A stretch of 24,935 bases of DNA, from NCBI GenBank assembly GCA_005791325.1, contig SXXA01000012.1:1-24935 (forward strand), given 5' to 3'. Source of the DNA: Actinomycetota bacterium (lineage in GTDB: Bacteria > Margulisbacteria > Marinamargulisbacteria > SXXA01). The position numbers were made by a program, and so were the translations under genes. Each line of letters starts with the position of its first letter. The first letter of the stretch is position 1. The notes beneath the pieces were generated by a model. That model had not been told where the DNA came from. It did no database searches and saw only the letters and a program-made list of their open reading frames with translations. Below are positions 9,001-16,328 of this stretch, one piece after another.

Positions 9001-9145
9001 TAAGTTAAGGGGGAATATAGGGTCAGAATCCGCCCCCATTTTATACCGATACAAATTGACATCACCCCCCCAACTATGGAGGATGTTTAAACCAAGCAAA
9101 TGATGGGTAATGTATCGAATGTTGGGTATAAGGGAGGGGTAGATT

Positions 9146-9286
9146 ATGGATAAAGGACAACTATTCGAAGAAGGGGTCATGGTGTTGGAAGGTTACTTTT
9201 TCTTTAAACTTGATTTAATTAAATCGAACCACAAAATGGTTGAGGATGCCCTTCATCACTTATTTGAAACCGTTAGCTTAAATTAA
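9146..9286 (+). CDS. Small hypothetical protein, 46 aa (MDKGQLFEEGVMVLEGYFFFKLDLIKSNHKMVEDALHHLFETVSLN)
   Basis: Translated by hand. ATG 9146 is preceded by GGAGG (9133-9137) and by an in-frame TAG. It fills an otherwise empty gap and stops 9 nt from the convergent REC-ATPase stop. Confidence 0.55.
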   Translation: MDKGQLFEEGVMVLEGYFFFKLDLIKSNHKMVEDALHHLFETVSLN

Positions 9287-9295
9287 CGACCTAAT

Positions 9296-10390
9296 TTATA
9301 CATATGCTTGCCACGTATGTTGAAAGGGCACCCATTTCATCGTCTTGGTACGGATAAAGAAGTCATCTGCTTCTCGCTTGAATTCCAATACCCCATCCAT
9401 AATATAGGTGACATTGTTGAGTACTTGATCAGAGACCGTTCCTTCTTCAATAACGAACAACGTGGTAACCCCACCAAATGCCAATGAATTGCGGGCAATT
9501 TGGGTTAAAAACCGTTGTACCACCGGTAATTCAAAATGAATCAATAAGCTGGAAATGGAATCAACCACCCGTCGCCCACCCGCTTTTTGGTGGATGGTAT
9601 GGCCAATATCCGCACTGGCATCGGCTATCAACCCCGACAATTGGCCCAATTCTAACGATCCTGTAACTGCATAACGCTCCTCATCTTGATGAGAAAACCC
9701 CGCCCATGAATACGCATCAACCAACCGCATATGATTGGATTCTTCATATGCCCACACATCGCGAGGCAACCGTCGACTCAAACTATCTCGAATTTGCTTG
9801 GGATTATCATCCAAGGCCAACCACACGCATGACTCCGATTGCATCAGCCCCTTGGCAATAAACCGCCGGCAAAACTCCGATTTGCCAACCCCCAATGGTC
9901 CCACCAATAAAATATTGGATGCAACCGGCAATCCGCCATTTAACGATGCATCCAACTCCGCCACCCCTGTATCGTGGGTGGGTAGGGGGGAAGATTCACT
10001 GGTTAGGGTTGCATCTCGGCTAGCTCGTCGTTGCAATAACGCCTTGGCCCTCGCCTTTAATTCTTCAACATTAAATGGCTTGGTAACAAAGTCATCCGCT
10101 CCGCCTTCAAATCCCGTAATTTTGTTATATTCATCCCCCAAAGCCGAAATAATCATAATGGGTGTATCGGCCAAGGCCGGATCTTTGCGAATGTCTCGAC
10201 AAACCTCAAATCCTGTTTTAAAGGGCATCATAATATCGGTAATAATTAAATCTGGATGATGCTCTTTCGCCATTTCAATGGCCATATTGCCATCGGTGGC
10301 CGTTAATACATCCATATTCATTTCTTCAAACAACATGGCGGTTAACATTAAAATATGCAATTCATCATCAGCCACTAAAATTTTGGTCAT
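9296..10390 (-). CDS. Receiver (REC) domain fused to a KaiC/RAD55-like ATPase domain
   Basis: REC: ILVADDE, DLIITD52IMMP, IISA and FVTKPF. ATPase: DTGVAELDASLNGGLP, Walker A GPLGVGKS, Walker B RRVVDSIS and DGVLEF. Confidence 0.9.
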   Translation of the reverse strand: MTKILVADDELHILMLTAMLFEEMNMDVLTATDGNMAIEMAKEHHPDLIITDIMMPFKTGFEVCRDIRKDPALADTPIMIISALGDEYNKITGFEGGADDFVTKPFNVEELKARAKALLQRRASRDATLTSESSPLPTHDTGVAELDASLNGGLPVASNILLVGPLGVGKSEFCRRFIAKGLMQSESCVWLALDDNPKQIRDSLSRRLPRDVWAYEESNHMRLVDAYSWAGFSHQDEERYAVTGSLELGQLSGLIADASADIGHTIHQKAGGRRVVDSISSLLIHFELPVVQRFLTQIARNSLAFGGVTTLFVIEEGTVSDQVLNNVTYIMDGVLEFKREADDFFIRTKTMKWVPFQHTWQAYV

Positions 10391-11088
10391 ACCGCTTGCC
10401 TTAATACAATGCCTCGCCCGCTCATAATTTCAAAAACCCATTCCGACAAATCGGTTTTAGATCCCCTCATTTTTTTGATCCGGAGCGTTCGGGCATATTT
10501 TGAACCCATTTTTTCTAGCTTCAACACAATAATCCCAGACGCTGCAAACTCTTCAATTCCATGATAGCTGACCTGGTGACTCCCCACAGGGGCATACGAC
10601 GTTAACAAGGTGGTACACTCGGTATCACTTTCAATCCCATAAATTAAAGATCGAATGTAATCACCAATTTCGGCTTGATCGGCATTTATTAATCGAAGTG
10701 GGGCCACCGGATCAATTACCAATCGATGAATAGACTGCTCACGGGTATATCCCAACACTAATTTTATAATATCTCCCAACGATACCGATGAATCAGATTG
10801 ACTATAAAATTGCTTGGTTAAATCCAAAATTTTAAATTGACCACTGGCTAAATACGGCTCAAAATCCCAGCCCAATGAAACCGCATCACTCAAAATGTGG
10901 GTGGCTCGTTCGTCAATTGATAAATATACGGCTTTTTCACCCTGTCGCAACCCTTCCAATAAAAACTGAAGGGTAAAAATGGTTTTGCCCACTCCCGGTT
11001 CGCCCGCCACTAGGGTGGCACGGCCTTTGGGAAGCCCCCCGCCCAAAAGCTGATCGACCCCTTCAATTCCACATGAAATGGTATGCAT
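10387..11088 (-). CDS. Single-domain KaiC/RAD55-like ATPase
   Basis: SCGIEGVDQLLGGGLPKG, Walker A GEPGVGKT, RLVID, GIEEFAASGIIVL and RTLRIKKMRGS; ATGA overlap with the REC-ATPase gene. Confidence 0.92.
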   Translation of the reverse strand: MHTISCGIEGVDQLLGGGLPKGRATLVAGEPGVGKTIFTLQFLLEGLRQGEKAVYLSIDERATHILSDAVSLGWDFEPYLASGQFKILDLTKQFYSQSDSSVSLGDIIKLVLGYTREQSIHRLVIDPVAPLRLINADQAEIGDYIRSLIYGIESDTECTTLLTSYAPVGSHQVSYHGIEEFAASGIIVLKLEKMGSKYARTLRIKKMRGSKTDLSEWVFEIMSGRGIVLRQAV

Positions 11089-11210
11089 ATGGGCATTTAA
11101 TCACAACCCATCCAAATAACTCAATCTAAATGGTAACCAGCATCGTCCCATTTAGGTTCAATCCACACCAGCATCCAGCCCAATAAATGGTTTTCGTTCA
11201 CCGATTAACC

Positions 11211-11219
11211 TGCTACACT
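11211..11219 (+). promoter_or_regulatory. Candidate extended -10 promoter, probably for a leaderless mRNA of the cytochrome c maturation operon
   Basis: TGcTACACT ends 7 nt before ATG 11227; no SD is present. Confidence 0.5.
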
Positions 11220-11226
11220 GTTCCCC

Positions 11227-11835
11227 ATGATACAAACATGGGATTTGGCCTATTTTCGATGGTTTGCCCAAGTCTTACAGACGCCCCTTGTTACCTATTC
11301 CAAATGGGTAAAGTTAGGGATTATCCTTACCGTATCGATGATGGCATCGGGGTGTCAGCGACCCTCTCCATCAGTCCAACTGGTTCCAAAAGACGTTCCA
11401 TTTACCCCTCAATCATCAACAGCCAAGTGGACCTACCGTGTCCCTCCCAATTGGGTCAATAAGCCCAGTGGTTCATTTCGATTGGCTAGCTTTGATATTC
11501 CGGTGGGGGCCGAGCGGGTTGATTGTTCAGTATCCACCTTGTCCGGCGCAGGGGGGGGGATGTTGGAAAATATCAATCGTTGGCGGGGGCAATTGGGATT
11601 ATCCCCCTTGGCAACATTACCCAGCCTATTGGTTATCTCCATTTCAGGGGAATCGTATCAGGTCATCCGCATGAGTGCAGCTACCCAAAATGCGTCGCAA
11701 ATCCAAGGTATGGTGGTGTTAAGTCGCTTGGTGGGGGATCACACGTGGTTTTTTAAATTAACCGGACCCGTCCGATCCTTACCCCAAGCCGAGACTGAAT
11801 TGCGGCAATTCATCCAAGGGGTATCATTTCAATGA
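11227..11835 (+). CDS. Hypothetical exported protein or putative lipoprotein, first gene of the ccs operon
   Basis: Hydrophobic segment ending in the lipobox-like ASGC; motif W-x-x-P-x-x-W...GGMLENINRWRGQLGL...TWFFKLTG; ATGA overlap with resB. Confidence 0.7.
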   Translation: MIQTWDLAYFRWFAQVLQTPLVTYSKWVKLGIILTVSMMASGCQRPSPSVQLVPKDVPFTPQSSTAKWTYRVPPNWVNKPSGSFRLASFDIPVGAERVDCSVSTLSGAGGGMLENINRWRGQLGLSPLATLPSLLVISISGESYQVIRMSAATQNASQIQGMVVLSRLVGDHTWFFKLTGPVRSLPQAETELRQFIQGVSFQ

Positions 11836-12977
11836 TGGGCCAACGATGGCTTCAACTGATTGTTCGCTTTTTTTCGTCATTACAATTAACGGTTGTGTTG
11901 CTAATCAGCTTGGGTGTTGTGGTGTTTTTTATGACCATGTACCAAGTTGAAACGGGTATTTATGTAGCCAACCAGCGATATTTTGGTGAGTGGCTGATTT
12001 GGTGGGAATCCCCGATTGGGCGTCTTCCGGTGTTTGTTGGGGGCGGTGTATTGGGTGGGTTGTTGGTAATTAATTTAATGGTGGCCCATTTTACCCGATT
12101 CAAGTGGACCCGCAAAAAAATTGGGCTGTGGTTAACCCATATTGGCCTATTGATTTTATTAATTGGATCGGGGATAACAGCCATTCTATCCATTGAAAGC
12201 CAGATGATGATTCAAGAAGGTCAAACCATTTCTTATTCCGAACATCTTCGCACCATGGAATTGGGAGTTGAAACCGATCATAGCCCAACCATGAATCGGT
12301 TGGTTTCATTTCCCAATGCACGATTGGTGCAAGGCTCTACCCTGACCCAGTCCAGTCTCCCGTTTTCTATTCAATTATATCGGGTGTATCCCAATTCTCG
12401 GATTGAACTAAATGCTGCGGTTGGCGAATCACTTCCAAAAGCCACACAGGGGTTGGGTAAGCCCATGACGGTGTTTCCTATGCCGGTGATTTTAAGGGAT
12501 GATTATCGAAATCAGATGGCCATTATGGCAGATGTGTATCACCGCGGCCGCATGATGGGGCGATGGCTGTTGTCGAATGGCTTAGATGCGCCTCAATCCG
12601 TTACCGTCAACGGGGTATCGTATCGACTCTTTTTGAGAGCCAAACGAGAATATCACCCCTATCAAGTCCGGCTGGATCGGTTTACCCAAGAGTATTATCC
12701 CGACACAACCATTCCCAAGCATTTTGCATCGGCTGTGACGGTGACGGATGAGTCGGGGCAGTCTCATCCGGCCACCATTTATATGAATCATCCTCTGCGA
12801 TTTGGGGGTAACACCCATTACCAAGCCTCGTTTGGGCAAGATGGTACGTCCACGGTATTACAAGTGGTATCCAATCCAGGATGGTGGGTTCCTTATGTAT
12901 CTACCCTTATCATGACGGTGGGATTATTCATCCATTTTGGGATGTCCTTGATACAAGCCAGAAAGGGCCGAGGATGA
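11832..12977 (+). CDS. resB: Cytochrome c biogenesis protein ResB/CcsB (System II)
   Basis: FFSSLQLTVVLL, WLTHIGLL (TM His), a large periplasmic region, FASAV, MNHPLRFGG..HYQASF and a terminal TM helix. Confidence 0.88.
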   Translation: MMGQRWLQLIVRFFSSLQLTVVLLISLGVVVFFMTMYQVETGIYVANQRYFGEWLIWWESPIGRLPVFVGGGVLGGLLVINLMVAHFTRFKWTRKKIGLWLTHIGLLILLIGSGITAILSIESQMMIQEGQTISYSEHLRTMELGVETDHSPTMNRLVSFPNARLVQGSTLTQSSLPFSIQLYRVYPNSRIELNAAVGESLPKATQGLGKPMTVFPMPVILRDDYRNQMAIMADVYHRGRMMGRWLLSNGLDAPQSVTVNGVSYRLFLRAKREYHPYQVRLDRFTQEYYPDTTIPKHFASAVTVTDESGQSHPATIYMNHPLRFGGNTHYQASFGQDGTSTVLQVVSNPGWWVPYVSTLIMTVGLFIHFGMSLIQARKGRG

Positions 12978-14767
12978 TGAGATGGTGGAGCATGGGTGTA
13001 TTGGGCTTGGCACTTCTCTATGTTGGAGTGGGGTTTTTGCCCCCGTCCACCCATCGGGAGTGGCATGAATTGGGATCCTTGCCGGTGTTACATTTGGGGC
13101 GGGTCAAGCCCATCGATTCGGTTGCCCGTTCAACCTTATTGGGCTTTAAAGGCAATCAATCGTTAAAAGGGTCGGATACCCATACCCCAACTGAATGGCT
13201 ATTTAAGGTGATGTCAGTTGGAACCGATGATATGAATTTGTTTATGGTGCGACAAAGTGAGGTCTTAAACGCCCTCAATCAGAATCCAGAATCAAAACCT
13301 GCCTTATCTTTTAAAACATTATTACCTCATTTAACCATGATTGATGAATCGGCCCAACATGCCCAATCCAAACCAGCCGCGATGCGCTCATTGGCAGATC
13401 GTGAGTGGTTGAGATTGCGACAAAATGTGGTGGTGTACACGCAATTAAAAAACACCTTAAAACCGGAGGGGGTTCCCTCATTTTCATTGTATACCCAACG
13501 ATATATCCGTTTATTACCCCCTTTTCGCACGCTGGTGGCGAGTCATATGGCAGGGCAATCGACGCTAAGTCCTGAAATGGCAGAATTGTTATTGTATTTT
13601 AAGCAATTTCAGCACATTGCGGAAGCCAGTGCATTTCGGGTTGCGCCGCCCGACAAGCCAAACGGGGTTTGGAAAACCTTGGGGGATGCCTATTTGATTT
13701 TGCTCAAAGAGGAACAAACCCATCCGTTGGCACCGGTTGTATCAACGGTGATGGAATCGATTGAAGCCGATGATCAACCGACCTTGACCCAATCGATTGC
13801 CTCTTGGAACGCGATTGTAACAGACTTGATTCCATCTGGTACGTGGCATGCCAAGCTTGAATATACCATTAATCGGGCCGATGTGATGATCAAAATCACG
13901 GTTTTGTACGGCATAGTGGTTGCGATGTGTTTAATGGGGTGGCTAATGAATCGACCCACATGGTGGCAAGTGGCCCAACGGTTGGGATGGTTGACATGGG
14001 TGATTCACAGCTTGGCAATTGGGGTTCGAATGTGGTTGGTAGGTAGACCGCCTGTCACCAATTTATATACGTCTGCCGTTTTTGTTGGATGGGTGGCCAT
14101 TGTATTGGGATTATATATTGAACGGAGATTCCGACTGGGCTTGGGCACAATGGTATCTGGAATTATTGGGGTTATTACGCTGATTATTGCGCATCATTTA
14201 TCATTGCAGGGGGATACCATGGAAATGATGCAAGCCGTATTGGATTCAAACTTTTGGTTATCAACCCATGTTATTACCATTTGTATGGGGTATGGGGCGG
14301 TCTTTTTAGCGGGTGCATTGGCTAATATTGGGGTAATCCGTTTGGTGACGGGTTCATTTTCGGGGGAACAACGGGCGTCGTTAAGTCGTATGATATATGG
14401 GGTTTTGGCAGCGGGGTTGGTATTAAGTTTTATCGGTACGGTACTGGGTGGCATTTGGGCCGACCAATCGTGGGGCCGATTTTGGGGGTGGGATCCCAAA
14501 GAAAACGGGGCATTTATTATTTGTGTATGGGTAGCGGCCATATTGCATGCCCGATGGGGTGGAATGATTAAAGATCGGGGTTTATGGGTTATGTCGATTT
14601 TTGGGAATATTGTAACGGCATTTAGTTGGTTTGGGGTGAATATGTTAGGGGTGGGATTGCATAGTTATGGCTTTATGGATCAGGCATTTTTTTGGTTGAT
14701 GGTGTTTAATGCGTCACAACTGGTTATGATGTGGTTGGCGTTTTGGCCAAAGGCCTTTTCAAAATGA
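12974..14767 (+). CDS. ccsA: Cytochrome c biogenesis protein CcsA/ResC with a large N-terminal periplasmic domain
   Basis: GRVKPIDSVAR, RMWLVGRPPVTNLYTS, WLSTHV, WWD domain GGIWADQSWGRFWGWDPKEN, LHAR and GLHSYG. Start at ATG 12974 (ATGA overlap). Confidence 0.95.
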   Translation: MMRWWSMGVLGLALLYVGVGFLPPSTHREWHELGSLPVLHLGRVKPIDSVARSTLLGFKGNQSLKGSDTHTPTEWLFKVMSVGTDDMNLFMVRQSEVLNALNQNPESKPALSFKTLLPHLTMIDESAQHAQSKPAAMRSLADREWLRLRQNVVVYTQLKNTLKPEGVPSFSLYTQRYIRLLPPFRTLVASHMAGQSTLSPEMAELLLYFKQFQHIAEASAFRVAPPDKPNGVWKTLGDAYLILLKEEQTHPLAPVVSTVMESIEADDQPTLTQSIASWNAIVTDLIPSGTWHAKLEYTINRADVMIKITVLYGIVVAMCLMGWLMNRPTWWQVAQRLGWLTWVIHSLAIGVRMWLVGRPPVTNLYTSAVFVGWVAIVLGLYIERRFRLGLGTMVSGIIGVITLIIAHHLSLQGDTMEMMQAVLDSNFWLSTHVITICMGYGAVFLAGALANIGVIRLVTGSFSGEQRASLSRMIYGVLAAGLVLSFIGTVLGGIWADQSWGRFWGWDPKENGAFIICVWVAAILHARWGGMIKDRGLWVMSIFGNIVTAFSWFGVNMLGVGLHSYGFMDQAFFWLMVFNASQLVMMWLAFWPKAFSK

Positions 14768-16155
14768 AGTTACCAGACCATATAACGGAATCGGACTGGT
14801 CCATTGCATTATCCGAATTATGTGCATGGCTGCGCTTTCCATCAGTCAGTACAGACCCTGAGTATTCCCCCCATGTTCATGCATGCGCCCAATTTACGGC
14901 CAATCTAATGACCCAATATGGCCTAACAACAACGGTTATTGAAACCAAGGGATACCCCGTCATCTTGGGTGAATGGATGGGTCATCCTGGGGCCCCTACC
15001 TTGTTGATCTATGGTCATTATGATGTGCAGCCTCCCGATCCAGTATCATTGTGGGTAACCGATCCATTTGAGCCATTGATTAAAGATGGCCAGTTAATTG
15101 CCCGTGGGGCGTCGGATAATAAAGGTCAAATTTTTTGTCATTTAAAAGCGATTGATTGGTTGTTACGCACCACGGGAACCCTGCCGGTCAATGTCAAAGT
15201 TATGATTGAGGGTGAAGAAGAAGTGGGGAGTTTTCATTTGCCAGAGGTATTAAGAACGCATGCCCATCAGCTGGCAGCGGATGTGGCCTTGGTATCAGAT
15301 ACCCCCATGTTGGCCGATAATCAACCCTCGTTATGTACCAGTTTGCGGGGATTGGTGTATATGGAGATGACGATAACCACGCTGGCTGGGGATTTACATT
15401 CGGGACAACATGGTGGGGCGGTACCCAATGCGATTGGGTGTTTGGTATCGTTATTAAATCGGGTCAAAGATGAATCGGGACGCATTCAAATTCCTCATTT
15501 TTATGAGGGGGTGCCAGATATTTCATCTGACCGTGCGGCCCAAATTCGGTCATTGGGGTTTGATACGGGTCAATACCAGTCAGCGATTGGGGCAAGTGGC
15601 TTGGTGGGCGAGGAGGGATTTCATCCCTATGAGCAGCGGTGGTATCGACCAACGTTTGATATTAACGGAATTTGGGGTGGATATACTTTAGAGGGTGAAA
15701 AGACGGTGATTCCCGCACAAGCTCATGCAAAAGTCAGTATGCGATTAGTCGGCCATCAAGATCCGTTGAAGGTGATTGATCGATTTAATGAGTATATACA
15801 AGCCCAATGCCCGACGTATGCCAGCATCACAACGCGGGTGTGTTCATATGCGTATCCGGCCCAAGTGGATGATGGGCATCCGGCGGTGTTGGCAGCGATG
15901 CAGGGGCTTCGGGAATCATTTGGGGTAGAGCCGGTGTTTCAGGGTGAGGGGGGGACGATTCCAATCGTGGCGGACTTTAAGCGACAATTGGGTTTAGAAA
16001 CGATATTAATGGGTTTAAATTTACCTGAAGATCGGATTCATGCTCCGAATGAGCAAATGAGTTTAGCCAATATACAGCGGGGGATCATGGCGTCGATGGG
16101 GATGATGACAGCATATGGAAAATGCTGGAGCCCGTCGCTTCCAAGCCCCCCTTAA
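14764..16155 (+). CDS. M20 family metallo-dipeptidase
   Basis: IYGHYDVQP, ARGASDNKGQ, IEGEEEVGS, SDT, DLHSG, GGTIP and HAPNE. Start at ATG 14764 (ATGA overlap). Confidence 0.92.
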   Translation: MKLPDHITESDWSIALSELCAWLRFPSVSTDPEYSPHVHACAQFTANLMTQYGLTTTVIETKGYPVILGEWMGHPGAPTLLIYGHYDVQPPDPVSLWVTDPFEPLIKDGQLIARGASDNKGQIFCHLKAIDWLLRTTGTLPVNVKVMIEGEEEVGSFHLPEVLRTHAHQLAADVALVSDTPMLADNQPSLCTSLRGLVYMEMTITTLAGDLHSGQHGGAVPNAIGCLVSLLNRVKDESGRIQIPHFYEGVPDISSDRAAQIRSLGFDTGQYQSAIGASGLVGEEGFHPYEQRWYRPTFDINGIWGGYTLEGEKTVIPAQAHAKVSMRLVGHQDPLKVIDRFNEYIQAQCPTYASITTRVCSYAYPAQVDDGHPAVLAAMQGLRESFGVEPVFQGEGGTIPIVADFKRQLGLETILMGLNLPEDRIHAPNEQMSLANIQRGIMASMGMMTAYGKCWSPSLPSPP

Positions 16156-16308
16156 CTTAAGGGCAAAGCCCTTAAAATCCCAAATCAGCCATTGGGGTGC
16201 TAGGGACCTTTGGCCCTTGGACTCAGCAAACCAATATGGCGAAGTAAGCCAATGGGACTTATTAAAGGCGGAGCCCTTCAGGGTGTTGTTGGCACGACGT
16301 GCCCAGCA
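16123..16308 (-). ncRNA. ssrS: Probable 6S RNA
   Basis: About 186 nt folding by hand into a rod. Closing stem UGCUGG/CCAGCA, GUCG/CGAC and CCAA/UUGG; single-stranded central bubble UCCGCCUUUAAUAA facing the hairpin UUAAGGGC-UUU-GCCCUUAA; internal stems GUCCCA/UGGGAU, GCCA/UGGC and UGCU/AGCA; apical hairpin. G-U pairs favour the minus strand. Confidence 0.65.
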
Positions 16309-16328
16309 CATTTAGTAAAAAGCCCTTA

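Noticed and set aside
9001-9013. 13-mer TAAGTTAAGGGGG shared between the pdxH upstream region and the putative 6S RNA
   Set aside because: Several 13-mer matches are expected by chance in 25 kb counting both strands, and there is no flanking similarity.
8857-9180. 107-aa minus-strand ORF upstream of pdxH
   Set aside because: It overlaps the pdxH start, its SD and promoter, and the better-supported 46-aa plus-strand ORF; no protein-like motifs.
9296-11088. A true KaiABC circadian clock
   Set aside because: There is no double-domain KaiC, no kaiA or kaiB in the window, and no canonical S-T phosphosite pair. The locus is reported only as KaiC-like.
16123-16308. RNase P RNA, tmRNA, SRP RNA or a riboswitch as the identity of the structured element
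   Set aside because: It lacks the GAGGAAAGUCC RNase P motif, tRNA-like GGGG...CCA ends and a recognisable SRP or riboswitch core. Length and rod-with-bubble fold fit 6S better.
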